In this document: piece after piece, positions 38,700 to 50,049 of the stretch
Layout of the letters: each line of letters opens with the position of its first letter
Numbering within the stretch: position 1 is the stretch's first letter
NCBI GenBank assembly: GCA_001179505.1
Contig: CDMY01000471.1
Location: 1-64,000, forward strand
DNA length: 64,000 nt
Source of the DNA: Vitrella brassicaformis CCMP3155
Taxonomy: Eukaryota > Protista > Chromerida
Reading direction: 5' to 3'
Notes under the pieces: generated by a model
The model's database searches: none
What the model was told of the DNA's origin: nothing
Seen by the model: only the letters and a program-made list of their open reading frames with translations
Program-made: the position numbers and the translations under genes

Positions 38700-40544
38700 T
38701 CAGTGTGGTACGTAGTGTGGTATGATGTGGGCGAGTTGGTGTTCGGTCAACAGGGCGCGGACCAATGAAACGGCGACGGGATAGCGGTCGGCCAGCCGCG
38801 TGTGGCCCTCGATCGCCGCCTCGGTCGTATAGAGGTTGATGAAGCCATCGGCCAGGTACAGATAGGTAGCGGTGGTGTCGTCCTCCGTGCCCTTGAGGAC
38901 GATGAATCGGGAGTGGTCATCATCCCCCTCCCACTCGCAGATGCAGTCGTCGGTCTTGTGGCCGTCTATGGGGTCCGTCAGCAGCGACCGATACCGCTCA
39001 TCGCCACGGCCCACTATCGCCCGAAATACCCCCTTCTCGTCCACCCCCTCTTGGTCAGTCCAGTGCCACAACACCATCCGTCGGATGAAGGCCGTGAATG
39101 AGGGGAGGAGCCAGTCACCGTGGCGGATGGGCGGGTTGAGAGAGTCGTATGTGCGGCGGTAGGGATGGCGGGGAGGGAGGCCGGACAGCGGCAGCGTCTC
39201 GAAGTGCCACTCGTGCTCGCCGCGTCCGATGCGATACCGCTGCGTCTCTGCCTCTCCCTCCTCTCGCTCCTCTCCATCCCCCCTCTCGGCCTCCTTCTTG
39301 CCCTCACCGTCATCGTCGTCGGCCTCATCCACCTTTGTGAGCGCCAGACTGGTGCCCCTGTAGTTGAGGAGGTGGCGGAATGTGCTGTACTGGCGAAGGG
39401 CGAGGGGCATTGTGTGGAAGTCGGCCTTGGTGGGCAGGTGGGCCGCCATCCACTGGGACGCCATGATCAGCGGCAGGCCAGTCGAGGGCGTTAGCTTGTA
39501 GATGTCAGCCAGCCGGATGAAGTCGGCCCACTCACACCACACCGCCCCACCCTGCTCCAGTGCATGGGCGCACTTGGTGTAGTACTGAAGTGTCGGGCGC
39601 TGCACGTCAATGAGGCCGGTCAGCGAGTGGCGGCTGAGGTGCGTGTCGACGCGGCGCAGCACGAAGTCCTCATTGATGAGCTCGGTCCCGTAGAACGTGT
39701 TTGCCGCCCTTGCCGGGCTGATTGCGTCACTGATGGGGAGGAACCCGACAATGTGGTCGCGATAGAGATCTGTCGGCAGGCGGTTCTCCGTGCGACGAGC
39801 CGCGTTGTCGGCATCAGCAGCACCTCCAGTGTATGTGGTGTGAGTGGGGGCGGCATGGGCATCTGGCGGCGATGGATGGGGGGCTGAGGGAGGGGTGGAG
39901 GGTGGGCGAGTGGCCGCCATGCCTTGTGTGATGGCGGTGAGGGCGCAAGAGGCGGCCGAGATGCTGCTCTTGAGGGTGGACCAGTGAGAGAAGCAGACGG
40001 CACCTGAGGCCATCGACACAGACAGAGAGGAATGAGTCATGGCGGCGGTGGTGATGGCTGGATGTCCCACGTACATTCGGAGCAACATCAGCGGCGAATG
40101 AGCCTTCTGCAACCGACACATCACGCTCCACCTGACCAACACATGCAGCCACAACAAATGCCCAGCTGTGTGTATGTGTGTCATCGTCGTATCTCTTACC
40201 TGTGTCACTTGTGCCAGCAGCACTGAGAAGCGTCGCTGCAGCTCATCAAAGCTAAAGCTACCACCTGCCGTCTGCACACAGACACACAAGACAAACACAC
40301 ACAGCCGTGACGGGCACACAAAGGGCGGTCAAATGTGCGTGGGAGAGACCGCCCACCGATGCGTCACCGGTCACGTCCATCTGCGGCTGCGATGACAATC
40401 CCCTCATTTGCCGATCTGACGACACATTACACAGCACGAGACATCCTCTCTGTATGTCTGTCTGTATCGTCGGTGTCGCCGTCCTCTCCTACCCTCGGCA
40501 AACCCGTCGATGCGCTGGCGCTTGGAGCCGTCAGCACCAGACAT
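38700..40544 (-). CDS. F-box-like expanded-family member, copy D
   Basis: ATG 40544 (MSGADGSKRQRIDG). The long open final exon has LPTDLYRDHIVGFL, HLSRHSLTGLIDV, YKLTPSTGLPLIM, HPYRRTYD and LYTTE. Splicing of the middle exons is not fully resolved. Confidence 0.75.
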
Positions 40545-40844
40545 CTCAAACACACGCTGGTTGATCGATGATCAACAGGCGCCACGGAGCGGAAACGGCG
40601 CCTCAGGCGGAGCTGAAAGGGCGCGAGAGGAACACTTATCCATCATCAGGGCGAATTAGCGGTTCCGCCCACCTATAGGCACCGATGTCATCCCTTTGCC
40701 CCTCTCCATCTTCCTCTTTTCTCCTCTTCTTCCATTGTTTGATTGCGAGCCTAATTGCGAGCTTCTACTATTCTTCGGTCTCTTCGAGCTCCAGCTGCAT
40801 CACCAGTGCATTCATTCCCTCCTCCTATTCTCTGACTGGCAGTA

Positions 40845-43800
40845 CCTGTGGTTGTCGAGCATGAGCGGTGAAGGAGAGCCAAAGCGTCCCCACACACAAG
40901 GCGGCGACTCGGCCGCTGCAAATGACAACACACCGGTGAGCATCCGACAAGCGAACGCATTCATTCAAGAGAGCACACAGACGTCCATCATTCATCGTGT
41001 CTGTGTGTGTGTGCTGCAGTCCATCAGCGAGGGTTTGGTTCGTCTGGAGGAGCGCATCGCATCGCTGCACACACACATAGATCAGGCACGTGGCGCATTA
41101 GAGGCCAAATGGCCTCACTGCTGGTGTGCTCTCATCCGCTGTGTGTGTGCGCGGTGCCTGCAGGTCACACGAGAGGCTGCCGGTGTGCAGCAGCTCTTCA
41201 ACACCACAGTCGCCGCACAGGTCAACCAGACACACACACACACACACACAAACACGAGAGTACTGCAGCCGTCACTCTCTCTCTGGTTGTCTGTGTGTGT
41301 GTTTGGTGCAGACGCCCTTTCTCGGCGATAAGTGGCTCAGCGTCTTCGCCGCTCTCTCGTCGGCTAAAGATGCGCTGCGCGACGTCGACGATGGCGTCAA
41401 GGGCACCATTCGGCCCATCGGCTGGGCCAAGCCGCCCCCGCCCGCCGACTCGGCCGACGGCCTGCCGCCTGATGTCTGCCGCGACGTCATCTACCCGTGG
41501 CTGCCCATCGACGAGGCCGTCTGCTCGGCCCGCCCCATCAGCAGGGCACACGGCAGCCAACTCGTCAATGAGGCCTTCGTGCAGCGCCGCATCACCAAGC
41601 ACCTCAGCCGCCACTCGCTGACCGGCCTCATCGACGTGCAACGGACAGCAGCAGACACAACCAATGCGGCGGCACCCACCCCAGCCCCTCCGACCACCAG
41701 CAGCAGCAGCAGTGACGCACCGGCCCCTGCAGCTGCTGGTGGTGGCCGTCATGTGTCGCATTTCTGTCATCTGTGCCAGTGCTGCTATGCCCTCGAGCAT
41801 GGCGGGGTGGTGTGGTGTGAGTGGCCCGAATTCATCCGGCTGGCCGACATCTACAAGCTGACGCCGTCGACTGGCCTGCCGCTGATCATGTCGGCCCAGT
41901 GGATGGCGGCCCACCTGCCCACCAAGGCCGACTTCCACACCATGCCCCTCGCCCTTCGCCAGTACAGCACATTCGGCCACCTCCTCAACTACCAGGGCAC
42001 CAGCCTGGCGATCACAAAGCTGGATGAGCCCGATGATGGCGATGAGGGCAAGAAGGGCAAGAAGGAGGCCGAGGGGGGGGATGGAGACGGGGACGGTGGG
42101 GTGACGCGGCAGCGCTATCGCATTGGAAGCAGCGAGCACGAGTGGCGGTTCGAGACGCTGCCGCTGTCCGGCCTCCCTCCCCGCCACCCCTACCGTCACA
42201 CATACGACCCCCACAACCCGCCCATCCGCTACCATGATCACGTCGTCGGTGACTTTCTCTTCCCCTCATTCACGGCCTTCATGAAGTGGATGGTCTTGGT
42301 GGAGTGGTGTTTCCAAGAGGGGGTGGATGAGAAGCAGGTATTTGGGGCGGTAGTGGGCGGTGGCGATGAGCGGTATCGGTCGCTGCTCACGGACCCCATA
42401 GACGGCCACACCACCATCGACTTCATCACCGAGGGGGAGTGGGATGACGGGCAGCGGCGACTCATCATCCTCAAGGGCATGAAGGAGGATGACACCGTCG
42501 CTGCCTACCTGGACCTGTACGGTGGCATCATCAACCTCTACACCACCGAGGCGGAGCTCGAGGGCCAGACGCGACTATCCGACCGCTATCCCACCGCGAT
42601 GCAGCTCGCCCGCTCTCTCCTCACGAAACACCGACTCGCCCACATCATACCACAGTAGCGGAGAGGAGACAATGCAAGTGAGCCACAGCGCGAAAGAGAC
42701 AAATACACAAGATGCACGCAATGAGTGCCTCGATGACATTGGTGCATCTCTTTGTGTCTGTGTGTATGTTTAGGTGAGTTGATTCGTAGACAGTGAAGAA
42801 CCTGGCAGCATCGAGTTGTACTGTTCGCTTAGCTGCGGCGGAGGGCCCACTTGCAGCGACGTGTGAGTAGATGGGCTGGAGGGGCGTGGTGTTGACTCCA
42901 GGAAAGTCCCATGATACGTGTATACGTGTGTTCATGTTCGTATGTGTGAATTGCACCGACTTACAGTGGGCGAATTCACACACATCCAATCAAAGTGTGT
43001 CCACCAATTCAGTACACACACACGCATAAACCCACTCACACACACACACCCCTCCCCCCACAGAGCGCAAGCCAGCCTCCCCACACGCAGCACATCAGAA
43101 CAGATTGATGACACAACGACTACCGGCCGCTTCAGTGTCTGTAGAGTAACGAGTCGTCACACGGCCGGCCAATACACTCCGGCAGAAGCCATGCCAATCG
43201 CAGCAGCAGCTGCCATGCATCAATCAAACTAGAGGGAAGGCAATGGAGCAGCCTAGGCCTCGTCATGTCTGTGTTGCATGGCAAAGCCGCCACAGCTGTG
43301 AAGGCCCAATGCATCCACGACTGCCTTTCCTTCTCCGTCTCTCTGGCTGATTCCCTGGCTGACTGACCGGCGACTGAATGGCATTATGGGCGTGGGATTT
43401 GGGTGGCCAAGGTATAAAAAGATGGTGCGTGAGAATGTGGCAGCAACAATACGCAGTCAGTGCACTGATAGAAGATGGCTCACTTTGGCGTGGCCCACAC
43501 ACTCTATGGAAATCCAGCAATCCATCGAGCAAAACAAATCAAGCCCAGAACCCCCCAGAGGACAGTGTTGTGAATGATGGGCGGTGTGATGTGATGTGTT
43601 GTGTTGTGTGTGGCTGACTCAAGCAGCCAGGCAGGCAGGCAGGCAGGCAGGCGATCGTTCGAGTAAGCAAACCAAGCCCGAAAACCCCCCAACCAAGAGG
43701 ACAGTGCTCGAAGCGGTATGATGAGATGTGTTGTGGTTTAGTGTCTCGCTTGGCTCACCCACCCACCCGGCCAAGAGGAAGAGACAAGCACAGGGCAACC

Positions 43801-45403
43801 ATTATCGCACGCACGAGCGAATGGGCGGTGTGTCGGCTCACTTTGGCATGGCCGCACACACAAAGTCCCCAGCAATCAAGGAACCATGACAGACAGACAG
43901 ACAGACAGACAGAGAGTGTTGAGAAGTGGCCCAGCAATAGAGGGCAAAAGAACAGTGTGTGTGTGTCTCTCCGGCCTATAGAGAATGACTTATGTACGAC
44001 TCAAATCACAATGCACATGTGCCACGATATAGTGATATATACGCAAAAATAGGCCCCCCGTGTGTGTGGTGATGGTGACAAGAATTTCCTGACCAACACA
44101 CACACAGAGAGAGAGAGAGAGACACCGGGTGTGTGCAGCACGAGTAGGGGTGTGTGTCTGTCTGGTGTGGCTGCATGGTCAGCCGCTTACTTGGTTTATT
44201 TCTTCGAGCCGGTGAACCAGCCGAAGAATCCAACCCCGCAGGACTTCTTCGTTGATACTGACCACCACCACAACACATCACATCACATTGCAGCACATCC
44301 CATCACAGCCGATCCCATCACAGCCGATCCCGTGTGTGTGGTCACTTACTTTTCTTCTTGGGAGCGATCATGTGTGCGGGCGGCGGGGCCATCATGGGCG
44401 GCCGCATCATCATCACCATGGGAGGGCCGGCAGGGGCAGCGGGAGGCGGCGCAAACGGACGACCAGCACCAGGGAAGGGCGGCGGGGGCGCCATCACCAT
44501 CTGCACACACACACACACACACACAGACGGGAAGAGACACAGCAATGAGTGCACATGGGAGGTGACATCTGCCTGTGTGTCTGTTTGCTGTGTTGTGTGA
44601 TGTTGTGTGTCACTCACGGGCATGCGGATGGGCGGCCCCTGGTAGCCGCACTGCTCCGGGGTCAACTTGTGCTCGGCCATCTACACAAAGAGAGAGGGAA
44701 TGGAATGCACTCGTGTCTCTCACGCCTCGCTGTGTCTCATTTGTGTCTGTGTGTCGCGTACGATCTTGAGTTGGTGCTGGTTGGGGATCCATCCCTGGGG
44801 CGGCCTTTCCAGTGTGGTCTTGATGGGCTCGCCCACCTTGACGGGCGGGCCGGTCCAGGTGTGGCCGTCCTGCATCTGGCTGGGGTGCGGAAGGGGACCC
44901 AGCTCATCCACCGGCCACGGCTTGGCGTTCTTGACGTACTCGGGGAGCGGCTCACTCTCGAAATGGGCCTCTATAGACGTGGGCGCTGCACACAGACAGT
45001 AGAAAAGGGGATCATTGTGGACACGTGTGTCGTGTGTGTGGCTGACCGGCCCCCTCGGGCAGCGGCATTGGCGGGGCGATTTCCTTGCACTGATTGAGGT
45101 CGATGCCCTTGGTGGCCCGAACGTAATGCACCAGCTCTTCCCGGGTGATTCTCATACCTTCAGACAGACAGACAGACAGACAGACAGACCGGTGGCCGAA
45201 AGGGATGGCTGCGGTGTGGATGAGCCCATTGGCTGTTCACCGGGCGGTATGTCGAAAGTGAAGTTGCCCTTGATGATCGACGGAATGACAAAATTGGTGG
45301 GGCCGAGCGGCAGCATCGTGGTCTTCTCGTGGGGAATCACCTACACAGACAGACAGAGACAGACATGGTGAGAGGTCAGGGAGGTAGCGAGGCGTGTGGT
45401 GCG
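40845..45403. repeat. Right arm of inverted segmental duplication (partner 1-5105)
   Basis: See left arm. Position 1 corresponds to about 45403. Confidence 0.9.
40861..42658 (+). CDS. F-box-like expanded-family member, copy B, intact (about 514 aa)
   Basis: Exons 40861-40935, 41020-41085, 41164-41220 and 41312-42658 join without stops if intron 2 uses the GC donor at 41086. Confidence 0.8.
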
Positions 45404-47380
45404 CCTCCTGTGTGTGTGTGTGTGTGTGAGTGTGCTGACCACTGGGTATTTGTTGTGTTTGTAATCGTAGACCGGCACCTCATAGGGCTTCGGCACGTCG
45501 ACGTACCTGAAGGCACACACACAGGGACCTTCAATCAGTGCAGTCGTGTGTGTGTTGTGCACACTGACTTGACAACTTCCACCTCCCGCTCGATGACCTC
45601 CTCCCTGACAGCACCATCAACGACACAGACAGCATCACACACACAGTGGATGGATGTGTGCGTGTGTGTGGGTACCGTTCGACGGGCACCTCCCGCCAGA
45701 CTTCGATGACGGGACCCGGCACCTCCACNNNNNNNNNNNNNNNNNNNNNNNNNNNNNNNNNNNNNNNNNNNNNNNNNNNNNNNNNNNNNNNNNNNNNNNN
45801 NNNNNNNNNNNNNNNNNNNNNNNNNNNNNNNNNNNNNNNNNNNNNNNNNNNNNNNNNNNNNNNNNNNNNNNNNNNNNNNNNNNNNNNNNNNNNNNNNNNN
45901 NNNNNNNNNNNNNNNNNNNNNNNNNNNNNNNNNNNNNNNNNNNNNNNNNNNNNNNNNNNNNNNNNNNNNNNNNNNNNNNNNNNNNNNNNNNNNNNNNNNN
46001 NNNNNNNNNNNNNNNNNNNNNNNNNNNNGATGACGGGACCCGGCACCTCCACATCCACCACCTGCACAGACACACCTTTGTCGTCTGTGTGTGGTGTGTG
46101 TGGTCATTCATGTGTGTGTGTACTCGTTCTTCAGTGATGATTTTGGGGACTTCTTTGATGACGGTCACCGGCACGTCCACGTACTGGGGCACCGGCACGT
46201 GCTCAATGCGCTCGATGGTCTTGACCTCCACCTTGGGCACATACTTGATCACCGGCACCTGAACCTGCGCATGCACACAGGCAGAGAGACAGGCAGGCAG
46301 CGATGTATGGTCAGCCTGTCTGTCTGTCTGTCTGTCTGTGTTTGTGCGTGTGTGGGTTACTTCGACGGGCACTGGTTTGGGGACTTCCTTGATGACCTCC
46401 ACCACATGGGGCACCTGCACCAAGACACACACATAGAGAGACGGAGAGGGGAATGTCATGGCATCGACCGCAGCGCTATGTGACGGTCGGTGTGGCGTGG
46501 GTATTACCTCAACGATTTTGTCTTTGTATTGGACGACGGGCACCTCCTCCACACGATCGACCGTCTTGACCACCGTCGTGGGCACCACACGCTCCTGCAC
46601 ACAACACACACACGCCGTGTCTCCCTTGTGGCTGTCTGTGTGTCCCCTCCATGGAGCTGGCAGCTTACGATGGTTTTGACTTCGACCTTGGGCACATACT
46701 TGTTGACCACCTGCACCTGGGGCACCTGCACGCAACACCAAAGGCACACCACCCACTCGTGTGTCCCTTCGTGTGTGTCATATGTGTAGGGTGGGAGTCA
46801 GACGTACCTCGACGATCCGTTCGACGTGCTGGACGACGGGCACCTCCACTTGGCGCTCGATCCACGAGTGGCTCAGCTCGGGCACCTGGCGGACCAGCTC
46901 ATGGACCTCGGGCTCGGGGACGATCTTCTGCACGTGCAGCGGCACCGTACGCTCGGCGACGACGTCCTCGTAGTGCACGTCGGTGTACACGGGCACCTCC
47001 ACCTCAATCTGACGACAGACAGACAACACACAACAAGACACAGGATGGACACACGCGCACATGGGATGCCCCTCTGGGCTCTCTCTGCTGCCCCACTCCG
47101 TGTCTCCTTCCCTCCCTCCCTCCCTCCTGACTGACTGACTGACTGCTGACTGACCCTTTGTGTGCCGGTCTGGATGGAGCCGGCGGGAGTGGTCCGTCCG
47201 AGGCGTATGAGCTGGGACTGTGTCATCTCCCCCTCACCACCTGACGAGACGATAGACATAACACAGAGCCCCTCAGCCCCAAGAAGGGTCTCCCCTTCTG
47301 ACTCTCGTGCATGTGTCTATTCCGCTCCTTCCCGCCTCCCCCTCTCCATTTGGCTCACCTTGTTGCTGCTGTCCGCCCAT
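44342..47380 (-). CDS. Alveolin/IMC1-family (articulin-like) cytoskeletal protein
   Basis: Many exons of V/E/K/P-rich repeats (VEVPVVQHVERIVE, VPVIKYVPKVEVKTIERIEHVPVPQYVDVPV, EEVIEREVEVVK) and a Pro/Met-rich tail ending KKKSK*. An alternative in-frame start lies at 47470. Confidence 0.85.
45729..46028. other. Assembly gap (300 N) inside an alveolin exon, with overlapping flanks
   Basis: gatgacgggacccggcacctccac occurs immediately before and after the gap. Confidence 0.95.
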
Positions 47381-47674
47381 GGCCAGTGCGTCCCGCACAC
47401 TGACCGGTTCGCTGGCGGCCTGAAAGGCCGCTGCCAGAGGGGATGAGCCCGATGGGGCCGGGCCACTCATGATGAAATCAACTCAGGGGAATGAGGGGCG
47501 GGGCGCGGTACGTTGATTGATCTGGGGCTTAGCAACAGAAACTCGGAGCAGTCAAAATTCCGAAACACAATTCGCAGAGAGTCTTTTTTTTGTGAGGAAA
47601 AGATCTCGACGATTGCTTTGATCTCCCACTCATTCCGCGTGATGTTCACGTGAGAGTAGCTCGGGTTCTCCAGC

Positions 47675-49511
47675 ATGAGTGTCGAAGGAGAGCCGAAGCG
47701 TCCCCGCAAGGCGGCGACTCGGCCGCTGCAAATGAGAACACACCGGTAAGCATCAATCGAGAAGCGAACTCAAGCAGGCCAGAGAGCAAACACAGCACGA
47801 CAAGCGAACGCATTCACTCGAAAGAGCGCACACACGTCCATTCATCGTGGTGATTGTGTGTGTGTGTTGCAGCCCATCAGCGAGGCTTTGGTTCGTCTGG
47901 AGGAGCGCATCGCATCGCTGCACACACACATAGATCAGGCACGTGGCGCATGAGAGGCCAAATGGCCTCACTGCTGCTGTGCTCTCATCCACTGTGTGTG
48001 ATGCCTGCAGGTCACACGAGAGGCTGCCGGTGTGCAGCAGCTCTTCAGCACCACAGTCGCCGCACAGGTCATCCACACACACACGAGAGTACTGCAGCCA
48101 TCACTCTCTCTCTGGTTGTCTGTGTGTTTGGTGCAGACGCCATTTCTCGGCGATAAGTGGCTCAGCGTCTTCGCCGCTCTCTCGTCGGCTAAAGATGCGC
48201 TGCATGACGTCGAGGATGGCGTCAAGGGCACCATTCGGCCCATCGGCTGGGCCAAGCCGTCCCCGCCCGCCGACTCGGCCGACGGCCTGCCACCTGATGT
48301 CTGCCGCGACGTCATCTACCCGTGCCTGGCCATCAATGAGGCCGTCTGCTCGGCCCGCCCCATCAGCAGGGCACACGGCAGCCAACTCGTCAATGAGGCC
48401 TTCGTGCAGCGCCGCATCGCCAAACACCTCAGCCGCCACTCGCTGACCGGCCTCATCGACGTGCACCGGACGGCAGCAGACACAGCCAATGCCGCGGCGC
48501 CCACCCCTGCCCCTCCGACCACCAGCAGCAGCAGCAGTGACGCACCGGCCCCTGCAGCTGCTGCTGGTGGCCCTCATGTGTCGCACTTCGGTTATCTGTC
48601 CCAGTGCTGCTATGCACTGGAGCATGGCGGGGCGGTGTGAGTGGCCCGGCTTCATCCGGCTGGCTGACATCTACAAGCTGACGCCCTCGACTGGCCTGCC
48701 GCTGGTCATGTCGGCCCAGTGGATGGCGGCCCACCTGGCCACCAAGGCCGACTTCCACACCATGCCCCTCGCCCTTCGCCAGTACAGCACATTCGGCCAC
48801 CTCCTCAACTACAAAGGGACCAGTCTGGCGCTCACAAAGGTGGATGAGGCCGACGATGGCGGTGAGGGCAAGAAGGAGTCCGAGAGGGTGGACGGAGAGG
48901 AGGGGGAGGGGGACGGTGGGGTGACGCGGCAGCGGTATACCATCGGAAGCGGCCAGCGAGAGTGGCGGTTTGAGACGGTGCCCAAGTCCGGCCTCCCTGC
49001 CCGCCACCCCTACCGCCGCACATACGACCCCCACAACCCGCCCATCGGCTGCCGGGACGTGCTCTTCCCCTCGTTCACGGCCTTCATCCGACGGATGGCG
49101 TTGCTGGAGTGGTATAACCAAGGGGGGGTGGGAGAGAAGGAGGTATTCGAGGCGAGGGAAGGCGATGGCTTTGAGCGGTATCGGTCGCTGCTGACCGGTC
49201 CCATCGACGACCACAAGACCGTCGACTGCATCTGGGAGCCGAATGACGAGCGGGAGCGATTTATCATCCTCAAGGGCATGAAGGAAGGCGACGCCGTCGT
49301 GGCCTACCTGTGGGTGGACAGCGACCGCATCACTCTCTACACGACCGAGGCGGAGCTCGAGGGCCACACGCGGCTCTCTGACCGATTCCCCATCGCGATG
49401 TCATTGGCCCGCACCTTGTTGAAAGAACACGGCTTTCAGTGCATCGAGGTCACGGATAGCAATCAGTCTGACACTGTGTGTGTGCTTGTGCTTCGACCCG
49501 CCCCCTCCTGA
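47675..49511 (+). pseudogene. F-box-like family member, copy C, two frameshifts
   Basis: 4-bp deletion (ACAC) in exon 1 near 47707 and 5-bp deletion near 48637 creating TGA at 48638-48640, relative to copies A and B. Confidence 0.85.
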
Positions 49512-50049
49512 CCACGCACCGATTCGCCCAGATCATGCCGCAGTAGAGGAGAGCACGTAGAATCGTAGAGGCCGGTGGGCGGTGGAGGGCTGATCGCCCC
49601 ACAGAGATCCCAATGACTGGATGGGATGGAGGGGCCACGTGGGCTATCGGTGGATGCCGTGGCAGATGGATTATGTATTTGCCGCATTGTGTGCGCATGG
49701 TGGACTGCCTGTGTGTGCCGTGCAATTTCGATCATCTTTCAATGCGTGGGCAAGTCATTCGTTGATCGTCCGTTGCGCAGTCAAATCCACCCACCCCACC
49801 CACCCCTTGCCACCCCCCTCGCGTTCAACATTCCGATCAGCACGACCGTCCATTCATCCATCCATCCATCATCCTCTGCCGTACGCTGTGTGTGTGCGTG
49901 TGAGTGTGACCAACCCTCGATGAGAGGGCTACTTCATGGCCTATCTTCCACCACACCAGCCAACTCCAACAATCACATCACTTCCCAATCAACCGTCACA
50001 TCAAGCCTTATGCCGTAACCATTCCACCAAAGCACTCACTCTATCCTGC

